From positions 6,324,001-6,388,000 of the forward strand of contig NC_043018.1 in assembly GCF_006345805.1 (NCBI RefSeq): a stretch of 64,000 nt of DNA, written 5' to 3'. This document shows positions 25,447-38,361 of the stretch, piece by piece. Numbering within the stretch: position 1 is the stretch's first letter; each line of letters begins with the position of its first letter. Origin of the DNA: Octopus sinensis. Its lineage: Eukaryota. The notes beneath the pieces were generated by a model. It did no database searches, was not told the DNA's origin, and saw only the letters and a list, made by a program, of their open reading frames with translations. A program made the translations under genes and the position numbers.

Positions 25447-26730
25447 GAGGGACGTTCAATAAGTAATGCCTCTGACCCACTTGCAATTGTTTGATCTAGC
25501 TGAAATTTTGCATGTGCAATCATTTATATCTTTATAGATTAAGTGGCAAATTACAGCTCTGAACTAATTGTGGTTTCTGATTTACAGGTGTTTGAACCGA
25601 GTCAAGTGTGAAATGGAGCCTGTTGAGTGTCGAGCAGTGATCCGGTTTTTGTATTTGAAAGGACGCACACCACGGGAGACTTTTGATGAAATGAAAGTAA
25701 CTTATGGTGATGATGCCCCATCATATGACCTTGTAAAACGCTGGCATCGTGAATTCAAACATGGTCGGAACTCTGTGGAAACAGCTCCCAGATCTGGTCA
25801 CCCCCTTCTGCCATTGATGAGGCATCTGTCCGTCAAGTTGAGGCTGCCATTTTGGAAGATCGACGCATAATTATTCGCCAAATAGCCCATGAGGTCAAGA
25901 TTAGTACCGGGTCTGTGGAAACTATCATTCATGACCATTTGCATATGCAAAAGGTGTCTGCCAGATGGATTCCCAGGTTGCTCATGCCTTTCCAGAAGCA
26001 AGAACGCGTTGAATGCTCGAGGGTGAATTTGGAGATGTGCCAAGATGAGTCAAAATTTTTCAAAAGACACAGATGGACACAGGATGAAACCTGGGTCCAT
26101 CACGATGATCCAGAGACCAAAGCCCAGTCAATGCAGTGGAAGCACCATGACTCACCCCCTCCAAAGAAGGCAAGGGTGCAGCCCTCCGCTGGCAAGGTCA
26201 TGCTCACAGTCTTCTGGGACCAGGACGGAGTAGTGATGACAGATTTCCTGGCAAAGGGTACCACAATTGCAGGAGCCTATTATGCTTCACTTTTGAGGAA
26301 ATTAAGAGAAGTTATCAAAATCAAGAGGCGGGGCAAGATCAGCAAAGGCATCCTCCTCCTGCAGGACAACGCTCCGGTCCACAACTCGCTTGTCGCCAGA
26401 TCAGAAGCACAGGCGTATGGCTATGAACTCCTCCCCATCCCCCCTACTTTCCTGACTTGCACCCTCTGATTTTCACCTCTTCCCAATCATGAAGTTGTTT
26501 TTGAAAGGAACGTTTCCCAGATGATGCAGCCTTGATTTCTGAAGTCACGTTGAGGTTGGCGGACCAAGCTGGGTTCTTCTACAAAAACGGTCTCCAGAGC
26601 TGCATCAAACAATGGGAGAAATGCGTAACTCTGGGTGGTTCCTATGTAGAAAAAGACTATAACTGTGCCATTTTCGTTGCTCTACTGCAATGGGAAGTGG
26701 GTCAGGGGCATTACTTATTGAACGCCCCTC

Positions 26731-26731
<1 letters not shown>
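25446..26731 (+). mobile_element. Near-full-length mariner DNA transposon (1286 bp), inactive
   Basis: ~37-bp TIRs (tgagggacgttcaataagtaatgcctctgacccactt and its inverse, 2 mismatches), TA duplication at both ends within (TA)n, transposase remnant inside. Confidence 0.95.
25613..26660 (+). pseudogene. Frameshifted mariner DD34D transposase
   Basis: MEPVECRAVIRFLYLKG HTH start, WIPRLL (WVPHEL-like), DETW, QDNAPVH, then a frameshifted PY(F)PDL-PSDFHLF motif with 34 residues between D2 and D3. At least three frame breaks. Confidence 0.9.
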
Positions 26732-26766
<35 letters not shown>

Positions 26767-26771
26767 GTATA

Positions 26772-26809
<38 letters not shown>

Positions 26810-26842
26810 CCTATATATATATATATATATATATAATTATAC

Positions 26843-26886
<44 letters not shown>

Positions 26887-27554
26887 GAGGCGCAATGGTC
26901 CAATGGTTAGAGCAGCAGACTTGCAGTCATAGGATCATGGTTTCCATTCCCAGACCAGGCGTTATGAGTGTTTATTGAGCGAAACAAGGTGAGCTGCAAG
27001 ATGCAGGAGGAAAGAGTGAAAGAAAGTTGTGGCAAAAGAGTCAGGTGTTTCGCTCATAAACACACACATCGCCTGGTCTGAGATTCGAACCCACGATCCC
27101 TCGACTGTGAGTCCACTGCTCTAGCCACTAGGCCATGTGCCTCCACAGTATGGAAGGTGGACGCTAAACAATGATGATGATGATGATGATGATGTCAGAG
27201 AATTGCATAATCACTCTGTTAAATGCAGCAAAAGGAATCCCAAAGATTTATGCAATCTTACCTGGCTAAGTCCACCCTCAGATTGCCCCCCCCCCCCCAT
27301 TACATCCTTATTTTAAAATCATGTGACTCTTCTTCTGGTGTTTGCCGCATGGCTTCTTGCTTATCAACAATTAATACACTGCAGTCTGAAATGAAACAGA
27401 ATAATACATTAACAACTTTGAATCATCAGATAGTGTCTGCACAGATAAAGCAGGATAATGAAGGGTGTCCATTTACTTTTAAGACATATGTATGTATATA
27501 TATATACATGTATATGTATATATATATATGTGCGTGTGTGTGTATATCACCAGC

Positions 27555-27587
<33 letters not shown>

Positions 27588-27844
27588 GTACACACACACA
27601 TGTACACAAATAGTTATATATAACTAACAGAGATACCCAGCGTTGCCCGTGTTACATGCATCATCATCATCATCACCATCATTATTATTTTAATGCCCAC
27701 TTTTCCTTGCTTGCATGGATCAGATACCAAGGCAGATTCTCTACAGTTGGATGCACTTCCTTCCACTGACCCTTATCTGTTTCCAAGCAAAGTAATGTTT
27801 CCTTATAGCCAGATATGGTTTTTTTTTTTGTGAAATATTAGAAA

Positions 27845-29530
27845 CTAGCAGAGATACCCGGCGTTGCCCATGTTAAATGCAATTGAAGAATTAGACTTTT
27901 CTGTTATATTTTCTGTAATGAACTGGAATATCTATGTTTCGAATTTCATCAAAATTACAGATGAGGGTTATTTCACTCTTTACACACCCTAAATAAATTG
28001 TAATCGTGCCACATGTATCCCATACTACTGATTTTTATGCGCATATTCCAAAATTCCAGTCTTATTGAACCTGTTAAAATGATTTTGTTCCTGAAAAATG
28101 GAGGTCATGGAGCTCTAAAATGTGGGAGTTAAGGCCCCTGTTTGGGGTAGGCATCTTAATGTCAACCAGAGAAGTTGAATTGTTGAGAATCTTTTTAACT
28201 TGGGTCTTATATCTATTGTTTGAACTTTTTTGAAATAGGAAATATATGTTCACTGGGTTTGTAAAAGAGAGCAAAGCTACCGGAAACCAAAAGACGAATG
28301 ATCACAATAAGCAGTCAGCTACCCTACCCTAGTTGTTACCACTTCCAATGTAGGATTCCTCACCATCCAAGTGACAGGCACAGCCGTAAAATGCATTACA
28401 AATCTATAGCAATTGGAAGGGCGTGACCCAACTGAAATAAACATTAACAACTGTGTGACGTGAGGGCTAAGGAGAAAAGAAAGTGTCACCTCTGGAGTTT
28501 GCAAATGACCTCTATACTAATATGTAACTGGACAGAATAAATTTACAGTCTATAAATGTCTTTGAATAACCAGTCACTCATCTGGGACTATGTGTGACCC
28601 AGTCATAATAAAAAGACTGAAAGGAGGTCTGCAATCAAACAACTTTACTCAACACTTTGCAACTGAATCAGTGGAGGCAAAGATGCCTCTCATTTACTTG
28701 ACAATTTATGCACCACATTGCAGAAATTACAATGTAAGTATATCTCAAAGCAAACTCTTACACTGTTGCACCATTGAATTACAAATAATGCTCATCTTTT
28801 ATGCTCAGGTAACCCTACAGCTTCCAAGAGCACAACTGTATTCATTTTGCTTAGATGAAATGACAAAATTGTGGGTGTTAAGTCCCCATGGAGGGGTCTT
28901 TGTAACTTGTAAGAAGATGAAATTTTATAAATATTACTTCATTTGTATCTAATATCTATGGTAAAAATTTCATCAACAACAAAAATATATGAATTGTCAT
29001 GGGGGTTATGGCCCTTATGCATAGAATATAATTTCCAAATTTCCTAAAGATCCATTCAGTACTTTTGACATAGTTTTGAATCATAAAAGAAATGGCTAAA
29101 ATTTGGGAGTTAAGGCCCCCGTTAGGGTGTTCATCATCATCATCATTTAGCATTTGCTTTCCATGCTAGCATGGGTTGGACGTTTCAACTGGGGTCTGGG
29201 AAGCCAGAAGGCTGCACCAGGCCCAGTCTGATCTGGGAATGTTTCTACGGCTGGATGCCCTTCCTAACGCCAACCACTCCGTGAGTGTAGTGGGTGCTGT
29301 TTACGTGCCACCAGCACAGGTGCCAGATGGGGCTGTCAAACGGCCACGGTCGGATGGTGCTTTTTACGGGGGCCAGGTGAGGCTGGCCATATATATAAAT
29401 TTATTTGCCTATGACACTACATGGACCCTAAGTAAGGCATGTGTAAAATTTGAATGAAATTGGTTGTGTAGTTCTCAAGTTTTAGAGATTCACACAGACA
29501 GACAGACATTCTCAGTTTTATATAGAGAGA
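27845..29530 (-). mobile_element. Internally deleted Helitron with decayed helicase remnant, interrupted by a SINE at ~29131-29392
   Basis: Minus strand A|TC 5' end (tctctctatataaaactgagaatgtctgtctgtctg) and 3' hairpin gggcaacgccggg followed by CTAG|T. Interior ~28860-28320 gives helicase-like fragments GLPEHK, IMTGSH, LVIQRHL, QL...S.VGS.PSN and RNPTLEVV. Confidence 0.75.
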
Positions 29531-29688
29531 TAACAGTGCTTCTGTACTGTAACAAATTATGCAATTTATATTCGTTAAAAGTGTGTCCACACTTTTCTTT
29601 TTAGTAAACACATTTTAGCCACATTGTAGAAAATGGACACACTGTTTAAACAATAGATTAATTTATTATCATCATCATCATCATCATC

Positions 29689-29729
<41 letters not shown>

Positions 29730-30284
29730 GATTATTATTATTATTATTATTATGTGGCTAGGAAAAAGCAAATCGCTCTGACTAATTTTTACCATTTAAC
29801 ACCCCTGTCTGAAATCCTTTATTCGTTTGTGTCCTCACAGATAATTATTGTAGCTTATTGCTAATTATGATATGTGTACTCTCTAGCAAGCTAAATTGAT
29901 TTATGAACTGGAAAGAACTGCAAATATTGGTGCCATCAACGAATTAACAGAGTCAATATACAGCACTAGAAAAGCAGAAATGCATGGCAAACTTTTAGGT
30001 GACTGGCAGGTGGTGGTGGGGGGGGTGCTTGTGATTCTAGTAAATACATATTTGCCCTCACTGTGGTAGACTCGGAGTAGACATTGTACTCTTTATGAAG
30101 TACAAGAGTGGGGGGTAGGAGGGTGGTGTGATGGGGTTATTTTTCTTGTTGGGTGAGAGAAAGGAGATCAGTTTGATGATCTTTCTGCGATTTTTTTTTG
30201 TTTTTTGGTACTTAGTTCGTTAATTAAAGATTGGTTACTATTGCACTGATATGTTAATTAATGTAAGCGACTGTCGTCATCATC

Positions 30285-31000
30285 ATTGTCGTCATTGTCG
30301 TTGCCATCGTCATCATAACCACAATCACTTCCACTGCCACCACCATTGTAATCATCATCATCATCATCACCATCATCATCAATGCTGCTACTGCCACCAT
30401 TACCACCATTACCATCCATCATCATCACTATCGCCGCCACCATTCGCATCATCATCACTGCCACCATCACAGCCATCATCACCACCATCACCATTAAGAT
30501 CATCACTATCAACCCCAGTGTCACATCATCACTATTATCAACAGCATCACCGATACCATCATCACCATCACTACCATCAGTATCGTCATCACTACCACTA
30601 TCATCATTATCATCACCATCACGACCACCATCATCATTATCATTGTCATCATCATCAACATTACCACCTCCACCACCATCCTCATCACCACCATCACAAT
30701 ATACCATCACTATCACTATCATCATTATCATTGTCATCATCATCAATATTACCACCTCCACCACCATCCTCATCACCACCATCACAATATACCATCACTA
30801 TCACTATCATCATTATCATTGTCATCATCATCAACATTACCACCTCCACCACCATCCTCATCACCACCATCACAATATACCATCACTATCACTATCATCA
30901 TTATCATCACCATCACAACCACCATCACCACCATCATTATCATTGTCATCATCATCCTCAACATTACCACCACCACCACCACCATCACCATCATAATGTT
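30285..31000. repeat. (CAT/CAC)n low-complexity tract with an 88-bp higher-order repeat
   Basis: accacctccaccaccatcctc at 30663, 30751 and 30839. Confidence 0.85.
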
Positions 31001-33191
31001 GGTACCTGAGTTCCTCTGATGGAGATATTTCATTTGTAACAACTGCACCATCTCCCCCACTCCCTTTCCTCCCTTAAAACTCAGCCACAAGAGTTGACAA
31101 ACCTGCATCTCTGGCACTGAATTCTTGCATATCATGTTCTGGATTTCTTGGAACAACATTTGCTAGGGAGAACTTAGTGACGTTTCCATTTCTTATTTCT
31201 TTACTGCCCACAAAGGGCTAAACACAGAGGGGACAAACAAGGACAGACACACAGATTAAGTCGATTATATCGACCCCAGTGTGTAACTGGTACTTATTTA
31301 ATTGACCCTGAATGGATGAAAGACAAAGTCGATCTCGGCGGAATTTGAACTCAGAACGTAGCAGCAGACGAAATACCTATTTCTTTACTACCCACAAGGA
31401 TGTGAATTCTCTGAAAAATTTTGGCATTTATTAAAGATGCAGGTGTGGTTGTGTGGTTGAAAAGCTTGCTTCCCACTGTGGACTTGGGTTCAGTCCCCAC
31501 TCCACTGTCCAAAACCTTGGGGCGTGTGTCTTCTCCTATAGCCCTGGGACAACCAAAAACCTTGTGAGTGGATTTGGTAAAGAAAACCTGCAATAAGCTT
31601 GTTGTGTGTATTTGTGTGTGTGTTTGTGTATGTGTGTGTGTGCATGTGTATGAATGCATGTGTGTCTATATGCCTGTGTGTGTGTGTGTGTGTGTTACCA
31701 TCTCCATGTCTTGACATCATGTGATAGTTGTAAGCAAGTGTCCCCATCATGCTAACAGTATCTCTAATTTTCAATCATCATGAAGTGGATGCACATGGCC
31801 CAGTGGTTAGAGCAGCGGACTCGCGGTTGAGGGATCATGGGTTCGAATCTCAGACCGGGCGATGTGTGTGTTTATGACTGAAGCACCTAAGCTCCATGCG
31901 GCTCCGGCAGAAGGTAATGGGGAACTTCTGATGACTCTTTCGCCACAACTTTCTCTCACTCTTTCCTCCTGCGTCTTGCATCTCACCTGCAATGGACAGG
32001 CGTCCCATCCAGGTGGGGAACCTATACGCCAAGGAAACCTGGAAAACGGCCCTTACGAGCCAAGCGTGGATCAAAGGAACAAATCATCATGAAGAAGAAA
32101 TATTGCTTTACTTGGAAACTGGTGAGTGTTAGGAACAGGAAGAGCATCCAGCCATAGAACAGCCACCCAAAAAAAAGTTCCATCTGACCCATGAAAGCAT
32201 GGAAAAGTGGATGTTGAAATGGTGGTGGAGGTGACAGCAGTAGTGGCAGCGGCAGCAGCAGCAGTGGTGATGGTAGTGGCTGTGGTGGTAATGATGATGA
32301 TGGGGGGGGGGTAAAATGCTTCATGACGGTGATAATGTTGGTTTATAGCAACATTATCATTAACTTTACGTAGTAAGTCACAGCAACAAAGAAAAATAAA
32401 ACAAAGCACAATAAAAAAAAACGACAAAAAAACATAAAAAAATACACATTTCATCTGATGGAGAGATTTCATTTGCAACAACTTTACCATCTTCCCTCTC
32501 TGCCACCATCGTCCATCTTTACTTTTTTTTTTCTTTTTATCCTTTACTTTCATCTCCATCATACCAAACCATCTGCTCTTGGAAATCTATGTACAACTCA
32601 GTGAGCGACTGCCTTGGCTGTGTACTTGCAGATTCACACCTGAATAGCATAAATAATTCATTTATTTTGAGCTGTATATACATATATATATGTGTGTATA
32701 CATACATGTGTGTATGGAAAGAGAGAGAGAGATGGGGAAGGAGAGAGATTGAAAAAGTGTGTATGCATCTGTATGTGTGCGTGTGTGTGTGTTAAGTTTC
32801 CCTAAGCAAGAGAAACCTCGTGAGATCAAAAGTGTAGACACAGTGTTTGTTTATGCGTTAACTACTTTTAAATAATAAAGCATTTAACTGGTCAGATGGA
32901 TCGGAACGGTAAAAGAGATGTGCAGTGACAGTGTATGCATGAGTGTCGATGTGTTTATGTATATGTATGGTAAATATGTCTATGTGTGTTCACTAAAGTT
33001 ACCTAATTATACGTGTGCATGTGCTGTGTATGGTATGTATATGTATTCAGAGTGTGGCTGTATGATTAAGAAGTTTGCTTCCCAAATCACATGGTTTCAG
33101 GTTCAGTCCCACTGCACAGGACTTGGGCAAGCGTTTTCTACAATAACCTTGTAAATGGATTTGATAGATAGAAACTGAGAGAAGAAGCCCT

Positions 33192-33254
<63 letters not shown>

Positions 33255-33257
<3 letters not shown>

Positions 33258-33445
33258 GGAAAGTTTACGAAAATAACAAAAGACAAAGGCAGGTGGTGTA
33301 CAAACAATAGATGTATTAGTATAATGCTCAGGAATAGAAAAAGTCTTTTACATTTCGAGACTACGTGCTTCTACTGGAAGGTACACAGAAAAAGCAAGGA
33401 GAGAAAAAAATGTGTGTAGTAGCTAACGATCTATCATGGCGTCTG
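33255..33445 (-). mobile_element. Third, inverted copy of the ~190-bp hammerhead-bearing repeat (degenerate fold at 33343-33381)
   Basis: Reverse complement matches 36332-36505 (tcagtcgccatgatagatcgttagc...cctgagcgttatactaatac...ttcgtaaactctccc) and abuts (TA)n; fold reads CAGTAGAA-gcacgtagtctc-GAAATGTA-AAAGAC. Confidence 0.7.
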
Positions 33446-33873
33446 ACTTGGACAAAATGGTCAGACAGGAAGGGGAAAGTAGGGGAGATAACAAGGTCAA
33501 TATATATATGTGTGTGTGTGTGTATTTATATGTGTACATATATGTATATATTTGTGTATGCACACAGACACTTGTGTATGTGTTTGTTTCACCTTGTCAT
33601 GACATTATTAATATTGTGAATGAATATCATCCAATATTCTGCAAAGACATGTCTGGCCATAAGGAAGTATCACCTTGCTTTGAAACAGGTGAGGGTTTGT
33701 GACAGGAAGAGCATCCAGCCATAGAAAATCTGCCTCAATAAGCTCTGTCTAACCTATGCAAGCATGAAAAAGGTAGAAGTTAAAATGATGATGATATTGT
33801 ATTCACTAAAGTTGCCTAATTATATATATGTGTGCATCTGTGTGTATGTATATATGTAAGTGTACATTTGTGC

Positions 33874-33916
<43 letters not shown>

Positions 33917-34879
33917 TATTTGGACAGAATGTTCGTATAATAATGCAAGAGGAACCACAATCTGTAATAAAGAGCTCAATGCTTATTTAGCAGAGTTACT
34001 AGACTGTGAGAGCATTTATTTCATACCAGCAGCGGAACTACTTATTTCACTCAGTTAACTTCTTCAAAATACTGGGTAGAATTTTCTAGAAGCAAATTTA
34101 TATATACGTAAAAGTAAATCATTATAATTAAAGAATAACATACATGTAAATTAATGACACAAAATTGCAGTGAAGAAAAAAAAAATGGCAAAACTCTGGT
34201 CGGTTGGAATTATTTCAACTGAGGGAATTGTAATGAAAGCTATTAGTTGAATTTAGTAAATGGTTTAAAAAGAAACAAAATTTACAGAATGAATTAATGG
34301 ATGGCTTTGGCAAAAATAATGGCTTGTTATAGTTGTTAAATTTAGAGTATGTAAGTGGAGGGAATAGAAAAAATATGGGTGATTTATTGGAGTTTGTTTT
34401 TTCTAAAAACGTCGAACAATAAATCAAATGTTGCTAATATTGTTAGATGCAGACAGGGCTGAGAAGTTGAGAGGCTTACTATGCAACTATGCAGTCTCAG
34501 GTTCAATCCCACAGTGCAGTACCTTGAGTGAGTGTTTTCCACTGTAGCCCCAGACCAACTAAATCTTGAGTGTATTTGGTTGATGGAAACTGTAAAGAAG
34601 CCTGTCATAGACACCTATGTGAGTATGTGTGTGTCCTATACACACACATTGTTTACTTGTTTCAGTCACTACCATCCTGGGACACCACCTTTAAGAATAT
34701 TCTCTATCTCTTTCTTTCTTTTTTTTTTTGTAGTTGACTGCATCAACCCAAGTACTTGTTGTTGTTAAGCCTTCTGCTTATTCTATTAGTCTCTTTTGCC
34801 AAACTGCTAAGTTATGGGAATGTAAACACACCAATACCAGTTGTCAAGCAGTGGTGGGAGACAAACACACACACACACA

Positions 34880-34950
<71 letters not shown>

Positions 34951-35206
34951 TATTTGAGACAAAACACAAGGAAAGACTTAATCAATACATAAAATTTAAT
35001 AAATAGTCACTGTATTTTGACTATTATTAAATTTTATGTATTGATTAAGTCTTTCCTTGTTTGTTTTGCAAAATAGTGGTTTTGTCTCAAATAATATTTT
35101 ATAATATTTTACTATAAAATTGGATTTAATCCTAAATCTGATTTTTTTCCCTGTAATTTGGATATATTCCCTAATATTTATTATATATATATATATATAT
35201 ACATAC

Positions 35207-35244
<38 letters not shown>

Positions 35245-35802
35245 GGCAGGTTTCTTTCAGTTTCTGTCTGCCAAACCACTCAAAAGGTTTTGGTTGACCC
35301 AAGGCTATAGTAGAAGACACTTGCTCAAGGTGCCGCACAGTGGGACTGAACCCAGAACCATGTTGTTGGGGAGCAAATTTCTTACATCCCGATATTGTGG
35401 AATTTATAAAAATTGTGCTATACCTACACATGAATGTAAGCAAACATAGAAACTATTATATATATATATATACAACATAGCTGTAATACATAATTGTATT
35501 TCTTACACGCATGCGTGCACACACACGCTCACACACACACAGACATGTATAAATGTATGTACCAGAATCATTGAAAGAGCACCCAGTACATTCTGTTAAA
35601 TGGTTGGTGTTAGAAGGGCGTCCAGCCATAAAACTCATACCAGACCTGACACTAGAGCCCTATGCAGTCCTTGAGCTCATATACATATATACATGTGTAT
35701 GTATATGTATATGTATATGTATATCTATCTATCTATCTATTTATCTATCTATATATATATATATATTTTTTTTTTTCTCTCTCCTCGTTTTTTTCTGTGT
35801 CC

Positions 35803-35838
35803 CTTTCTGTAGAAGAGCATAGGCTCGAAACGTAAAAG
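35803..35838 (+). ncRNA. Minimal hammerhead-like fold with A6U core (copy 1 of a ~190-bp repeat)
   Basis: CTTT [CTGTAGA] A GAGC-atag-GCTC [GAAA] CG-T-A AAAG: 4-bp stem I, 4-bp stem II, palindromic ACGT stem III, GUA triplet. Deviates from consensus at A6 and has an extra A after A9. Confidence 0.6.
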
Positions 35839-36281
35839 ACATTTTCCTTTCCTGAGCGTTATACTAATACATCTGTTTGTTTTGTACACCACCTGTCTTC
35901 ATCTTTTGTTTTTTCGTAAACTCTCCCTATCTATCTATCTATCTATCTATCTATATATATATATATATATTATATATATATATATATATATTAGAGATAA
36001 TGGTGTCAGGTAATGCTGAATAAGTGGTACAGACAGACCATAGTCAAGTTCCAGATTCGGTAATATTGCAAATAAAGGATTCAACGTTGGTTCTGTGTCA
36101 GCATGTGTATATAAGAATTTTTTGCGTAATAAGATAAAAAAACCAAGGCTGTGTAGATATTAGAGCATTTATAGATAGAAGCTCTAGATGCTCTAATATC
36201 TATACAGCTTTGCTTTTTTTATCTTATTACACAAAAAATTCTTATATCTATCTATATCTATCTCTCTATATATATAGAGAG

Positions 36282-36330
<49 letters not shown>

Positions 36331-36408
36331 TCAGTCGCCATGATAGATCGTTAGCCACTACACACATTTTTTTCTCTCCTTGTTTCTCTCCTTGTTTTTT
36401 CTGTGTCC

Positions 36409-36446
36409 CTTTCTGTAGAAAAGCGTAGGCTCGAAACATAAAAGAC
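36409..36446 (+). ncRNA. Decayed second copy of the A6U hammerhead-like fold
   Basis: CTTT CTGTAGA A AAGC-gtag-GCTC GAAA CATA AAAG; same family, 606 bp downstream, with G10.1->A and ACGT->ACAT changes. Confidence 0.5.
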
Positions 36447-36510
36447 TTTTTCTATTCCTGAGCGTTATACTAATACATGTGTTTGTTTTTTCGTAAACTC
36501 TCCCTATATA

Positions 36511-36545
<35 letters not shown>

Positions 36546-37344
36546 ATATATATATACATATATATAAATTTAATGTAGTCCTTAGTTATGGCTGGTCAGA
36601 AAGTTACCATTGGTTTCACACCTATTATGCTCTTAACAATATTGGCAACAAATCAGACCTGCTAGCCAGAGACAAAAAAGAAACCTCTCGACAAATGGAG
36701 GTAGGAATACAGTCTTGGTCAACCAGGGTTTTGAAAAAAAACTCTGGAATGAAATTCTTCGAAGTGAAACCCTACTGGGTGAGTTGGAGTTATCTCCCTT
36801 TGACGGGTTCTAGTTGTGTCCAAAATGGGTCCGTTTATATATGAGTTCTATTTCCTAGTCAGCAACCTGAAAGTTCCACGTCACCAGCATGGATTTTCTC
36901 TCACCATGACGTCACCAGCTAAATGCTTCCCTTTTAGAGTTTAAGAAGGCCTTATGGTCAAGCAAAGTTTTCAGGACACTTGTCCCCTCAGCCAAGAAAA
37001 GTTTGCATCATCTTGCGAATTATATATATATATATATATATATGTGTGGAGGCACAATGGCCCAGTGGTTAGGGCAGCAGACTCGCGATTGTAGGATCGT
37101 GGTTTCGATTCCCAGACCGGGCGTTGTAAGTATTTATTGAGCGAAAGCACCTAAAAGCTCCACGAGGCTCTGGCAGGGGGTGGTGATCCCTGCTGTACTC
37201 TTTCACCACTCTTTCTCCCGCTCTTCCTTCTGTTGGCCTGCTCGCTTAGCCAGCAGGGTGGCGTCATTCGAAGGGTAAAACAATGCGAATGCATTGTGAC
37301 CAGCGATGTGTAACAACATCTGATGGTCTGGTCGGTCACGTGAT

Positions 37345-37385
<41 letters not shown>

Positions 37386-37539
37386 TATATATATATATCT
37401 GTATGTATATATTCATATATATTGTTTTGAAGAGGTCACCATCCTTAGACCCATTCCAATACAATGATAAATGACTAAATAAATAAATGAATGGTGAATG
37501 GGAAGGGGGATCCCCCTTCTCTCTCTCCCTCTCTCTACC

Positions 37540-37610
37540 TACCTGTCTATCTATCTATTTATCTATCTATCCATCTATCTATCTACCTACCTACCTATCT
37601 ATCTACCTAC

Positions 37611-37641
<31 letters not shown>

Positions 37642-37658
37642 CCTACCTACCTACCTAC

Positions 37659-37690
<32 letters not shown>

Positions 37691-37770
37691 TTATCTATCT
37701 ATCTACCTACCTATCTATCTATCTATCTATCTATCAGCTTATCTACCTACCTATGTTTCTATCTATCTAT
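37540..37770. repeat. (CTAT/CCTA)n tetranucleotide microsatellite
   Basis: Direct reading. Confidence 0.95.
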
Positions 37771-37942
37771 CTCCATTGTCATGGAACCTCACCCAAAAAA
37801 CAAAACCAATTATTGAGCCATCAATCTGAAGACTCCACTAGAGTGGATGCAAGTGCTAATATATGATTTATAGAAACATGTGACATATTAATAAATATCT
37901 GTAAATATAAAACCATCCAGATTTCTGAGTGTACCTTATTTC

Positions 37943-37986
<44 letters not shown>

Positions 37987-38361
37987 AACATATATTTGTA
38001 TATGCACACACCACGCATACACATAGCACATCCATCACTATTTTATACACTTTCCTTTAAAATTAGCATGATTGCCAGAGACAAATGTTCATGTACACTC
38101 TAACACTCTGTAATTACTCTGAAGAAAGGCAGAACAATTTCTGCAATCACTCCAACTAAATTCACTGTATCATGGAGCTGAACTCTCACCACAGATGATT
38201 AATAGCATTACACATTAGTTTATAGACTGAACTTAAAAGGCAGCATTTAGTCTGCTTGTCTGACATCCAAATATTTGCTGTTTAATGAATTGTACAATGG
38301 ATACCATGTACTAAATTAGTAATTTTATAATGAATTGAAATTCATTTATTTTTAAAGTTAA

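Noticed and set aside
30251-31009. His/Ile/Ser-rich ORFs (likewise 18462-18917, 20579-20920 and the many YI/CV/HT ORFs)
   Set aside because: Microsatellite read-through; the 88-bp period cycles the frame.
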